DNA from: Acidimicrobiales bacterium
GTDB lineage: Bacteria; Actinomycetota; Acidimicrobiia; Acidimicrobiales; CADCSY01
Assembly (NCBI GenBank): GCA_035942035.1
Contig: DASZDK010000100.1
Span: 1-60,944 of the forward strand
DNA: 60,944 bases
Direction of reading: 5' to 3'
Both the position numbers and the translations under genes were made by a program. Every line of letters begins with the position of its first letter. The first letter of the stretch is position 1. The notes beneath the pieces were generated by a model. The model saw only the letters and a program-made list of their open reading frames with translations, ran no database searches and had not been told where the DNA came from. Shown here in pieces: positions 33,049-41,924 of the stretch.

Positions 33049-33563
33049 CCTTGCTGCTGGTCGGCGCCGCGTTCATGGGGATGGAGGCGTTCGTCTACGT
33101 CTCGCACCGCTGGTTGATGCACGGGCCCGGCCTGCCGGTCCACCAGAGCCATCACGAGGTACACGACGAGCCGGGCTTCGAGCTCAACGACCTCTATCCC
33201 TTGTTCGGCTCGGTGCTGGCCATGGCCGCTTTCGGGGTGGGCCTCAACGTCGAGGGGTGGAGTTCCCTGGTGCCCCTCGGCATCGGCCTCACCCTCTACG
33301 GGGCGGCCTACGCCTTTGTGCACGACGTCTACATCCACCGCCGCCTGCCGTGGTTCACCGCCGAGGTGCCGGTCCTCGAGCGACTGAAGGCCGCCCACCG
33401 CATCCACCATCTGTGGGCGGGTGAGCCCTACGGCATGCTCTTCCCGGTCGTCCCCGCCGAGTTGCGCCGGCGAGCGGAACGGGTCGACTACGACCCGTTC
33501 CCGCCGGCCCGCCCGGCGCAAGCGAGCGGGTCGGCGCCGTCCCAGGTGCCCATCGACCGGTAG
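33045..33563 (+). CDS. crtZ: Beta-carotene 3-hydroxylase (fatty-acid hydroxylase superfamily)
   Basis: Four His boxes (HRWLMH, HQSHHE, HDVYIH, HRIHH) and 172-aa length. GTG 33045 overlaps the crtYd stop (GTGA). Confidence 0.85.
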   Translation: MTLLLVGAAFMGMEAFVYVSHRWLMHGPGLPVHQSHHEVHDEPGFELNDLYPLFGSVLAMAAFGVGLNVEGWSSLVPLGIGLTLYGAAYAFVHDVYIHRRLPWFTAEVPVLERLKAAHRIHHLWAGEPYGMLFPVVPAELRRRAERVDYDPFPPARPAQASGSAPSQVPIDR

Positions 33564-34231
33564 GGCCGGAACCGGGCGAACAGTTCCTCGCCGAACCAAC
33601 CGTGGCGGCGGGTGTGCCGCACCACCTCCTCGTGCGGTGAACCGCCGTAAGCGAAGGCTTCCATGTCCGCCACCGAGCGCCACAGGCTGAAGGTGGCCTG
33701 GAGGCCCACGGGTGCCTCGCCGATACCCAGCGCGGCGAGGAGCCCGGGGGAACGGTGAAGATGGTCGTCAACGGCGGGCACCGACCGGTAGAACGCCGGC
33801 CAGTGGCGGACGGTGATGCGAGCCCGGGTGAGCACCGCCACCGGCTCGTCGGGGCCACCGTCGGCAGCCGGAGGCGCAGGGCCCGCCATCCCGGCGAGAA
33901 CCGCCACCCCGCCCCAGCTCCCGTGGGCCGAGAGCGGGGCCAGGCGCACCGACCACGTCTCGTCAGCGTGCTCAGCCCACCGGGCGGCGACGGGGGAGCT
34001 GAGCAGGAAGGCGTCGAGGGCCTCCTCGTCATCCCACACCGCGAAGGTGGCCCACCGCCGCAGGTCGCCACCCAGCCCCATGGCCGAGCCTCTGCCGGTG
34101 CCGAGCCGGCGGGCGAAGCGCAGGCCCGGCGTTGCCTCCAGCGGTCGCCGGCGGGCCACCAGGTCGGCCATGGCGCTCACGGCGTGACGGGCGGGGTAGC
34201 GATCGAGGTGGAACGACGCGACGGGAGGCAT
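33488..34231 (-). CDS. CrtA-like (spheroidene monooxygenase family) carotenoid oxygenase
   Basis: 247 aa from ATG 34231 within ORF 33488..34516. SFHLDRY...TPGLRFARRLGTGRG...FAVWDDEEALDAFL resembles the CrtA N-terminal pattern as I remember it. Carotenoid context. Confidence 0.55.
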   Translation of the reverse strand: MPPVASFHLDRYPARHAVSAMADLVARRRPLEATPGLRFARRLGTGRGSAMGLGGDLRRWATFAVWDDEEALDAFLLSSPVAARWAEHADETWSVRLAPLSAHGSWGGVAVLAGMAGPAPPAADGGPDEPVAVLTRARITVRHWPAFYRSVPAVDDHLHRSPGLLAALGIGEAPVGLQATFSLWRSVADMEAFAYGGSPHEEVVRHTRRHGWFGEELFARFRPYRSMGTWDGADPLACAGRAGGNGS

Positions 34232-34381
34232 GGCCGCCGGCGACGGTACCCGCCGCCGGTCGGCGAGCGTCCGCAGGCCACGGTCGGAGGTCTTGTCGTT
34301 CAGGATGCCGCTCGCCTGGCCACGGGGGCGCTGAGGTCCGTGGAGCGGTCCCGCTCGGCCCATGGCGGGTAGGACCCGGGC

Positions 34382-34579
34382 ATGACCGATTCCACCCCCG
34401 ACCTGCCGCCCGAGGAGCCCTTCGCCGGCGAAGAGCCTCCTGTCGAGGACGCCGACCACGAGGAGAGCGCGATCGACCGCATGCGCCACAGCGGCGTCGG
34501 TGTGGAAGACCCCCACATCGTGGGCGACGTGGGGCCCACGGACGTCCCGCCTGGAACTGACCCCGATTCCGTGACCTGA
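34382..34579 (+). CDS. Small acidic hypothetical protein (65 aa)
   Basis: ATG start and G/C-rich third positions. Highly acidic, Pro-rich sequence with no recognisable domain. Confidence 0.3.
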   Translation: MTDSTPDLPPEEPFAGEEPPVEDADHEESAIDRMRHSGVGVEDPHIVGDVGPTDVPPGTDPDSVT

Positions 34580-34616
34580 TTCCGGCGGCCGGGCCGCACG
34601 GTCCCGGGTCGAGACG

Positions 34617-35018
34617 TCACTCCCGGCGGAGCCGGAACACCGGCACGCGACGCCCGGCGCGCCGCTCGTACCTGTCGATCCGCGGCCAGACCTCGCAGAG
34701 GTGACGCCAGGCCTCCTGGCGATCCGCTCCGGTCATCTCCACGGCAAGGACCGGGAGCGGGGCGCGATCCACCCATGCCACTGCCTGCGGGTTCGCTCGA
34801 AGGTTGGCGACCCAGTCGGGCACGCGAGCCTGGCCGCCGGCTCCTCCGACGACGAGCAGCGTGCCGTCGTCCAAACGCTTGAAGGCGAGGGTCGTCGATC
34901 GTTTGGCGCGGGACCTGCGCCCGATCGTCTCGAGCACCAGCACCGGCGTCCTGAACACGACTGAGACCGCGCTCCTGCCGAACCGACGCACCTGAGCCGC
35001 CTCCACCGCCTTGGCCAT
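34617..35018 (-). CDS. Deazaflavin (F420)-dependent nitroreductase-family protein (DDN/DUF385)
   Basis: 133 aa from ATG 35018. TIGRRSRAKRSTTLAF...DGTLLVVGGAGGQARVPDWVANLRANP...RVPVFRL is the typical DDN pattern. Confidence 0.8.
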   Translation of the reverse strand: MAKAVEAAQVRRFGRSAVSVVFRTPVLVLETIGRRSRAKRSTTLAFKRLDDGTLLVVGGAGGQARVPDWVANLRANPQAVAWVDRAPLPVLAVEMTGADRQEAWRHLCEVWPRIDRYERRAGRRVPVFRLRRE

Positions 35019-35260
35019 CCGGCCCAGCCATCGAAGGCAGCCGGCGAGCCTGCGTCCACAGCTTCGTCGGTGCGCCACGGTTCCAGTCTCCCAGCCCCCT
35101 TGGAAGCTGGGACGCCCGACCGTGGTGCCTGGGGCCGGGCCCTGGGCACCACGGACAATGGGCTCTTCACAGTGCGTTCGAAAACGCACCGCAGCCCCCG
35201 TCGAGAGCGACGCGTGACAGCCGGAGGCGACGACGCCAGACGACGCGTTCAGAGCGCGGG

Positions 35261-35677
35261 CCTCTAATCGTTCTTCGCCACGTCTACGAGCAGACGGGCG
35301 CGACCGTGGTCTTCGTCACCCATGACGTCTACGAGGCGCTCTACCTGAGTGACCGGGGGCTCATTCTGCAGGGCGATCCCTCGACGATCGGCGGGTCGGT
35401 CGCGGTCCAGTGCTCGCGGCCGCGCGACCAGATCCGGACCAAGCAGTCGGAAGGGTTCCTCACGCTGCGCCGCAGGGTGTACGAAGCGATCATGCACAAA
35501 GGCCATGACGAGCCGGATGCGCTGGCTCCACTGGATCAACTGGCCGGGGCTGCTCATCATGGGACTCTTCGCCGGCGCGTGGGAGGCAGCCGTGCGGTGG
35601 TCGCTGCTCGACTACCAGTACCTGCCGGCGCCGTCGGCCATCGCCCCCGGCGCTCGTACCCTGCTGACCTCGGGTGA
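35261..35677 (+). pseudogene. 5'-truncated ABC ATPase (NitT/TauT-type) fragment lacking Walker A, signature and Walker B
   Basis: The translation reads ...LIVLRHVYEQTGATVVFVTHDVYEALYLSDRGLILQG...RPRD..., which is only the region from the H-loop onward. Upstream in-frame sequence (RRRRRQTTRSERGP) is unrelated. There is no start codon before GTG 35306. Confidence 0.6.
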
Positions 35678-36296
35678 GCTCATCCCCAACGTGCTTCACA
35701 CGGTGCTGGTGACGCTCATCGGCTGGAGCGTCGCCTCGGCGATCGGCATCGCTCTCGGCCTGCTGCTGGGCCTGTGCCCCACCGCCTACCGCTACTCAAT
35801 GACCAGCTTCGAGGTGACCAAGGCAATACCCCCGATCACGTTCGTGCCGGCCACGCTGCTGATCTTCGGTTTCTCCCTGCGCATGGAGCTCGTCATCGTC
35901 GTCTACGTCGGGGTGTGGCCGGTGCTGATCAATACCATCGGGGGTGTCCGGGGTGTGCAGGTCGAGCTCCTGGACGTCGCCCGCATGTTGCGCATGTCGC
36001 GCCACGACAGAGTGCGGAAGCTCATCGTCCCAGCCGCCATCCCCGAGATCATGGTCGGGGTTCGCCTCGCCCTCTCCCTGTGCCTCGTGCTGGCCGTCGT
36101 GGCCGAGATGGTGGGCAACCCTGCAGGTGTCGGCCACGCCCTCGTGCTGGCCCAGCAGGCACTGCAACCGGAGAAGATGTTCGCCTACGTGCTGTCGGCA
36201 GGCGTGCTCGGAATCACCTTCAATGCCGTGTTCCGCTCGGCGGCCGCGTGGATCCTCCCCTCACCGGCGAGTGGTCGCGGGGGCGGCTCACCGTGA
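35505..36296 (+). CDS. ABC transporter permease (NitT/TauT family)
   Basis: 263 aa from ATG 35505 within ORF 35349..36296. MetI-like core with the EAA-type loop LDVARMLRMSRHDRVRKLIVPAAIPEI. Confidence 0.8.
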   Translation: MTSRMRWLHWINWPGLLIMGLFAGAWEAAVRWSLLDYQYLPAPSAIAPGARTLLTSGELIPNVLHTVLVTLIGWSVASAIGIALGLLLGLCPTAYRYSMTSFEVTKAIPPITFVPATLLIFGFSLRMELVIVVYVGVWPVLINTIGGVRGVQVELLDVARMLRMSRHDRVRKLIVPAAIPEIMVGVRLALSLCLVLAVVAEMVGNPAGVGHALVLAQQALQPEKMFAYVLSAGVLGITFNAVFRSAAAWILPSPASGRGGGSP

Positions 36297-37132
36297 CCGC
36301 GGCGACGGCCGCTGGTCCCAACCGTGCCCACCGGCAGGACGGGTGGGACCAGGCGAAGATCACGAAGCGGAAGACGTGGGCGCCACGCCTACGGGGCCTG
36401 TTGCCCCTCGTGATGCTCTTGAGCGTCTGGGAACTCGCCGGCTCTCCCGGTTCCCCCTTCTTCCCGCCGCCGTCGACCTGGGGCTCGGCCCTGATCGGCC
36501 TGTGGGAGAACGGCGCTCTGGTTGCCGCCGTGGTGGCCACGTTGACCACCTTCTGTATCGGCCTCGGCATCGCCACCGTCCTCGGCGCCGTGCTCGGCCT
36601 CGTCGTCGGCGGCTCGCCGGGCGCCGACCGGGCCATGAGCCCGACCTTCGAGTTCGCTCGGGCCATGCCGCCTGCGGCCATGGTCCCCATCGCCACCCTG
36701 CTCCTCGGCTACGACGAGACGATGAAGGTCACCGTCGTCACCTTGGCCGCCATCTGGGCCATCCTGCTCAACACCAGGGCAGGTGTGCGGCGCATCGACC
36801 AGACGCTGCTCGACGCCGCCAGATCCCTGCAGCTCGGCACGGTGCAACGGATCCGCAAGGTCATCGCTCCGGCGCTACTGCCGGCGGTCTTCCTCGGTGT
36901 GCGGGTGGCCGCCCCCATAGCGGTGGTCATCACCCTCCTCGTCGAGATCCTGACCCACCTCGAGGGTGTGGGTGCGCTCATCGCCCAGTCGCAACGGACC
37001 TTCCAACCCGCCCGGGTCTACGCTCTCATCGTCGTCGCCGGTGCGCTCAGCCTGCTCGTCAATGGCGTGCTGGGCGTGGTCGAGAGCTACGTCTTTCGCT
37101 ATCGCCCGGGCAAGGCCGGTCGCAGCGAGTGA
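36293..37132 (+). CDS. ABC transporter permease (NitT/TauT family), second copy
   Basis: 279 aa from GTG 36293, which overlaps the upstream stop (GTGA). EAA-type loop LLDAARSLQLGTVQRIRKVIAPALLPAV. Confidence 0.8.
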   Translation: MTAATAAGPNRAHRQDGWDQAKITKRKTWAPRLRGLLPLVMLLSVWELAGSPGSPFFPPPSTWGSALIGLWENGALVAAVVATLTTFCIGLGIATVLGAVLGLVVGGSPGADRAMSPTFEFARAMPPAAMVPIATLLLGYDETMKVTVVTLAAIWAILLNTRAGVRRIDQTLLDAARSLQLGTVQRIRKVIAPALLPAVFLGVRVAAPIAVVITLLVEILTHLEGVGALIAQSQRTFQPARVYALIVVAGALSLLVNGVLGVVESYVFRYRPGKAGRSE

Positions 37133-37142
37133 AAGGACAGTT

Positions 37143-37547
37143 ATGGCCCCCATAACGTCGGTGCACCACCTCAGCCTGACGGTCACCGACCTCTCGAGGA
37201 GCGTCGAGTGGTACACGCAGCTGCTGGGGTTCTCGATCGAGCGAGAGGTCCAAGGTGCGACGTTCCGCAGGACGCGTCTCCGCCACACGGACACCTCCGT
37301 CATCCTCACGCTGACCCAGCATCACGAGGGATCCTTGGAGACGTTCCGGGAAACGACGACCGGCCTCGACCACCTGGCCTTCCTCGTGCCAACCGTGGCC
37401 GACGTCGAGGCATGCGAGCGGCTCTTCGAGGACCGCGGGGTGCCGCACTCAGAGGTCAAGCGGGACGCCTTGGACGTGGCGAGGATCTTCTTCCGGGACC
37501 CCGACAATATCCAGCTCGAGGTTATAGCGGCGCCCCTGCGCCGGTGA
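37143..37547 (+). CDS. VOC (glyoxalase/bleomycin resistance/dioxygenase) family protein
   Basis: 134 aa from ATG 37143 preceded by AAGGA. VHHLSLTVTDLSRSVEWYTQLLGF and GLDHLAF motifs. Confidence 0.8.
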   Translation: MAPITSVHHLSLTVTDLSRSVEWYTQLLGFSIEREVQGATFRRTRLRHTDTSVILTLTQHHEGSLETFRETTTGLDHLAFLVPTVADVEACERLFEDRGVPHSEVKRDALDVARIFFRDPDNIQLEVIAAPLRR

Positions 37548-37778
37548 GGGTACGCCCCAGCCCCCACGACCATTCTGTGCATCGCACCGTGGCGAACCAG
37601 CGACTGGATCCTTGCACCGTGGGTGAGCGCTTTACCGTCCCGGGACCCGAGGCCGAGCTGTGGAGCTTCCGGATCTACAGGGGCGAGTGAGCGGACGCGG
37701 AGCGGCGGAGGGCGACGTTCGACGACGTCCACGACCGGTGGGGAATCATTCCGACCCAGCGGGCCACCGGCGCCGGCC

Positions 37779-37895
37779 CTAGCGGGCGTTGAGCACGATG
37801 GTCAGGAGGACCGATACCACCAGCGAGAGTACGAGGGGCCACCAGTAGAACCGGACACGGCCTCGCCGGCCCGAGCGCTTGCTCCAGACGAACAT
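37779..37895 (-). CDS. Possible 38-aa single-helix membrane peptide (MFVWSKRSGRRGRVRFYWWPLVLSLVVSVLLTIVLNAR)
   Basis: ATG..TAG ORF below the track's size cutoff, found by eye in a 480-nt gap. It has a basic N-terminus plus one hydrophobic helix. There is no further support. Confidence 0.2.
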   Translation of the reverse strand: MFVWSKRSGRRGRVRFYWWPLVLSLVVSVLLTIVLNAR

Positions 37896-38027
37896 CGGTC
37901 CGACGTTGCCCAGCAGAGCGGGAGCACAAACCGCTCACCACGGCCACGCGACAGCCACGTCACCGGCGACATGCGACGCGCACGAGCGAGGAACACTGGA
38001 GGAAGCGTCGAGCCACGAGGAGGCACC

Positions 38028-39437
38028 ATGCCCATCGCAACCGTCGACCCTGCGACCGGCGAGACGGTGCAGACCTTCGACCCGCTCACCGATGCCGACC
38101 TGGAGGAGAGGCTGGGGGCGGCGGCGAGGGCGTTCGCCTCGTACCGGGCCACGAGCTTCGGCGACCGTGCTCGGTGGCTCCTCGCTGCGGCCGACATCCT
38201 CGACGACGAACGCCAGCAGGTGGGCCGCATGATGACGACCGAGATGGGCAAGACCCTCGTCGCTGCCCGGGCCGAGGTGCAGAAGTGCGCGCGTGCCTGC
38301 CGGTTCTACGCGCAACACGCCGAGCGCTTCCTCGCCGACGAGCCCGTCGAGCCCGACGCCGTGGGGGCGACGCGTGCCTTTGCTCGTTACCAGCCGTTGG
38401 GACCGGTCCTCGCCGTGATGCCGTGGAACTTCCCGCTGTGGCAGGTGATGCGGTTCGCCGCCCCCGCCCTCATGGCCGGCAACGTCGGACTGCTCAAGCA
38501 CGCCTCCAACGTCCCTCGAACGGCGCTGTTCATGGAGAGCCTCCTCCGCCGCGCTGGCTTGCCCCACGGCGTGTTCCAGACACTGCTCATCGGCTCTGAC
38601 CGGGTGGAGGGCGTCATTCGCGATCACCGGGTGCGAGCGGCGACCCTGACCGGGAGCTCCCCGGCCGGTCGGGCGGTGGCAGCTGTGGCCGGTCACGAAG
38701 TCAAGACCACGGTGCTGGAGCTCGGTGGGAGCGACCCCTTCGTCGTGTTGCCCTCGGCCGACATCGAGCAGGCGGCGCGCGTCGGGGTGATCGCCCGGTG
38801 CCAGAACAACGGCCAGAGCTGCATCGCCGCCAAGCGCTTCATCATCCACCGGGACGTCGCCGACGAGTTCGAGCGACGCTTCGTCGGGCACCTGGCGGCG
38901 CTGACGGTGGGCGATCCCATGGACGAGGCCACCGACGTGGGCCCGCTGGCCACCGAGGAGGGACGGGCGGACGTCGAGCAGCTCGTGGCCGACGCCGTCG
39001 GCAAGGGGGCGCGAGTGCTCCACGGCGGGCACCGGGTCGACGGGCCCGGCTGGTTCTACCTTCCCACCGCACTGGCCGATGTGACCCCCGACATGCGGAT
39101 GTTTCACGAAGAGGTCTTCGGGCCTGTTGCCCAGCTGTACCGCGTGTCCGACGTCGAGGAGGCGATCGAGCTGGCGAACGCCACCGACTTCGGGCTCGGG
39201 TCCAACGTGTGGACCAACGACGTCGAGGAGCAGGAGCGCTTCGTGCACCAGATGGACGCCGGTGCGGTGTTCGTCAATGGCCTGACAACCTCGTACCCCG
39301 AGCTGCCCTTCGGCGGGGTGAAGGCGTCCGGGTACGGGCGCGAGCTCGCCGCCCACGGAATCCGTGCCTTCTCCAACGTGAAGACGGTCTGGTTCGGCTC
39401 AGGCGGCCCGGAGTCGGCCACGTCCCGAACCGAGTGA
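38028..39437 (+). CDS. NAD(P)-dependent aldehyde dehydrogenase, succinate-semialdehyde dehydrogenase-like
   Basis: 469 aa from ATG 38028 preceded by GAGGAGG. MPWNFPLWQV, catalytic LELGGSDP and NNGQSCIAAKR motifs. Confidence 0.85.
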   Translation: MPIATVDPATGETVQTFDPLTDADLEERLGAAARAFASYRATSFGDRARWLLAAADILDDERQQVGRMMTTEMGKTLVAARAEVQKCARACRFYAQHAERFLADEPVEPDAVGATRAFARYQPLGPVLAVMPWNFPLWQVMRFAAPALMAGNVGLLKHASNVPRTALFMESLLRRAGLPHGVFQTLLIGSDRVEGVIRDHRVRAATLTGSSPAGRAVAAVAGHEVKTTVLELGGSDPFVVLPSADIEQAARVGVIARCQNNGQSCIAAKRFIIHRDVADEFERRFVGHLAALTVGDPMDEATDVGPLATEEGRADVEQLVADAVGKGARVLHGGHRVDGPGWFYLPTALADVTPDMRMFHEEVFGPVAQLYRVSDVEEAIELANATDFGLGSNVWTNDVEEQERFVHQMDAGAVFVNGLTTSYPELPFGGVKASGYGRELAAHGIRAFSNVKTVWFGSGGPESATSRTE

Positions 39438-39514
39438 GCGGCTCCAAGACCTGGTTGTCTACGCTCGTCCGACCGACGACCACAGCGGTCGCAGCCCGAG
39501 CGAAGGGTGGTCTC

Positions 39515-40138
39515 ATGTCCCAGCGGGAACCGATGTCGATCGACGACCGCAGGCTGGAGCGGGTGGTCGACTTCCACGGTCACCTCTGCCCCGGGCTGGC
39601 CATGGGGGTGCACGCCGCCCACATCGCACTGCAGGAGATCGGTCCTCACTCCACGGACGAGGAGGTGGTGGCGGTGGTCGAAACCGACATGTGCGCCGTT
39701 GATGCCATCCAGTTCCTCACCGGCTGCACGTTCGGAAAGGGCAACCTCGTCCACCGCGACTACGGCAAGAACGCCTACACGTTCTTCCGCCGGTCCGACG
39801 GACATGCCATCCGCGTGGTAGGTCGGCCCGATGCCTGGCAGCGTGACCCTGAGCACCAGCGCCTGTTCGCCAAGGTCCGGGAGGGCTCGGCGTCCGACGC
39901 CGAGCGAGCCCGTTTCCGGGACCTCCAGCAGGCGCAGTCCCGCGCCCTTCTCTCCCTCGATCCGCACGAGCTGTTCTTCGTCACCGAGGTGGACGGTCCG
40001 GCTCCCCGCATGGCTCGCATCCACGCCTCCGTCCCTTGCGCACAGTGCGGTGAGGGAGTGATGGAGACGCGGGTACGGCGCCTCGGGGGCCGGGAGCTGT
40101 GCCAGCCGTGCTTCGACACGGCCATGGCCGACGCCTGA
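39515..40138 (+). CDS. FmdE-family protein with C-terminal zinc ribbon
   Basis: 207 aa from ATG 39515. FHGHLCPGLAMG hallmark, plus C-terminal CAQCGE...CQPC. Confidence 0.75.
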   Translation: MSQREPMSIDDRRLERVVDFHGHLCPGLAMGVHAAHIALQEIGPHSTDEEVVAVVETDMCAVDAIQFLTGCTFGKGNLVHRDYGKNAYTFFRRSDGHAIRVVGRPDAWQRDPEHQRLFAKVREGSASDAERARFRDLQQAQSRALLSLDPHELFFVTEVDGPAPRMARIHASVPCAQCGEGVMETRVRRLGGRELCQPCFDTAMADA

Positions 40139-40178
40139 CTCAAGGGAGCTAGCTGGGACGCGTTGCTATGGTGAGCTA

Positions 40179-41873
40179 ATGGACAGACGGAGATTCCTCA
40201 TCGGCAGCGTCGGGGTGGGCGGGGCGCTGGTGCTCGGCGCGTGCGCACGGACCGAGGACGAGAGCCCGACCGGCACCACGGCTACCACCCCGGACAGCGG
40301 CACCGAGGGGGCGCTGCCCCGGCCGACGCTCAGCCTGGCAGGGAACGACATCGGCCTGCCGTCGCCGTTCACCTACATGCGGGGGCCCGGCCTCGTCCAC
40401 GCAACCTTGGTCTACGACACCCTGGTGTGGAAGGACTCCTCGGGTGAGATCCTCCCCTGGCTCGCCGAGGAGTTCGAGGCCTCCGACGACGGCCGCACCC
40501 ACACCTTCCAACTCCGTGAGGGCATCACCTGGCACGACGGCCAGCCGTTGACCGCCGAGGACGTGGCCTTCACCTTCGAGTACTTCAACGCCCAGACCCT
40601 CAGTCCCCAGGTGATCGCCCAGCCCTTTCCCCAGATCGAGGAAGTGCGGGCCACCGACGACCGCACCGTCGAGTTCCAGCTGGCCAGCCCCCTCGCCGAC
40701 TTCTACGGCTTCGGCGGCGTCGGCTCGATCTTGATCGTGCCGCAGCACATCTGGTCCGACGTCGCCGACGCCACCACCGCGTCTGACCCGGCGCTGCTCG
40801 TGGGCTCTGGTCCGTTCAAGCTGGAGTCCTACACCCAGGGTGAGGGCGCGTACCTCTACACCGCCAACGACGACTACTTCCTGGGCACGCCGTTCGTCGA
40901 GCGCCTGGAGTACCGGCCGGTGGGCGAAGCCCTGCCGGCGGTGGTGGCCGGCGACCTCGACGCCGCCAGTGCCCCCGGCCTCCGTCCCGAGGTCCTGGCC
41001 CCGTTCCGCGACAACCCGTCGCTGGAGATCCTCGAGGCTCCACCCGGGAACTTCGGCAGCGCGTTGTACTGGAACCTGGCCAAGGGCGGCGCGCTCGCCG
41101 ACGTGAACTTCCGTCACGCTTGTGCCCGGGCCATCGACCGGGAGGACATGGTCGAGCGGCTGCACGGCGGCAACGCTCAGCGGGGCAACCCCGGGTGGGT
41201 CCCGGAGGGCAACCCGGCCCACGTCGACGTCGAGCAGTACGAGTTCGACCGTGCGCAGGCCGAATCGCTGCTCGACGAGGCCGGGTACACGCTCGGCGAC
41301 GGCGGCGTCCGCCAGGGCCCCGACGGGCCCCTTCGCTTCAGCCTGCTCACCACCAACCCGCCCCCGCCCACGGCGGACCTGGTCAAGACCGCCCTCGGCG
41401 AGGTGGGGATCGAGCTCACCGTCGAGTCGCTCGACACGCCGGCGTTCAACAAGCGGGTCATCGCCGGCGACACCGAGATGTCGATCATCGGCTTCGGCGG
41501 CATGAACACCGACTACGGGGAGGGCGGCTACCTGCGCCAGGTGTACTCCTCGAAGACCAAGATCACCCAGCACGCCCAGGGCTACGAGAACCCCGAGGTC
41601 GATCGCCTGCTGGAGGAGCAGCAGGTCACGCTGGACGAGGAGGAGCGCCGGAAGCTCGTGGGCCAGGTCCAGGAGCTCATCGCCGAGGACCTGCCCCTGC
41701 TGCCGCTCGTCTACCCGACCGGCTTCACCATCTTCAACCCGGACAGCTTCGCCGAGTGGTACTACACCGAGGGTGGCGTGGCCAGCACTGTCCCCACCAT
41801 CGAGAACAAGCACGTGTTCATCACCGGGCGGGACACCGGGCTCGAGATCCGACCGTTCGAGGAAGGCGGCTAA
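40179..41873 (+). CDS. ABC transporter substrate-binding protein, family 5 (peptide/nickel type), Tat-lipoprotein
   Basis: MDRRRFLIGS twin-arginine signal with lipobox LGAC. The 564-aa length and motifs (e.g. WHDGQPLTAEDV) are typical of the DppA/NikA/OppA family. Confidence 0.85.
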   Translation: MDRRRFLIGSVGVGGALVLGACARTEDESPTGTTATTPDSGTEGALPRPTLSLAGNDIGLPSPFTYMRGPGLVHATLVYDTLVWKDSSGEILPWLAEEFEASDDGRTHTFQLREGITWHDGQPLTAEDVAFTFEYFNAQTLSPQVIAQPFPQIEEVRATDDRTVEFQLASPLADFYGFGGVGSILIVPQHIWSDVADATTASDPALLVGSGPFKLESYTQGEGAYLYTANDDYFLGTPFVERLEYRPVGEALPAVVAGDLDAASAPGLRPEVLAPFRDNPSLEILEAPPGNFGSALYWNLAKGGALADVNFRHACARAIDREDMVERLHGGNAQRGNPGWVPEGNPAHVDVEQYEFDRAQAESLLDEAGYTLGDGGVRQGPDGPLRFSLLTTNPPPPTADLVKTALGEVGIELTVESLDTPAFNKRVIAGDTEMSIIGFGGMNTDYGEGGYLRQVYSSKTKITQHAQGYENPEVDRLLEEQQVTLDEEERRKLVGQVQELIAEDLPLLPLVYPTGFTIFNPDSFAEWYYTEGGVASTVPTIENKHVFITGRDTGLEIRPFEEGG

Positions 41874-41924
41874 CCCCCCGGCGGGTCGGCGGGGAGACGC
41901 GGCGTCGAGACGCCCGGTAGGAGA

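Noticed and set aside
34617-35189. Full 190-aa version of the DDN ORF
   Set aside because: Family similarity begins at MAKAVEAAQVRRFG (ATG 35018), and the upstream 57 residues are unrelated.
37577-37690. 37-aa ORF tail (…ERFTVPGPEAELWSFRIYRGE) as a remnant of a SnoaL/cupin-like gene
   Set aside because: The resemblance is too vague to support a call. It may be noncoding read-through of the ORF 37208..37690 frame.
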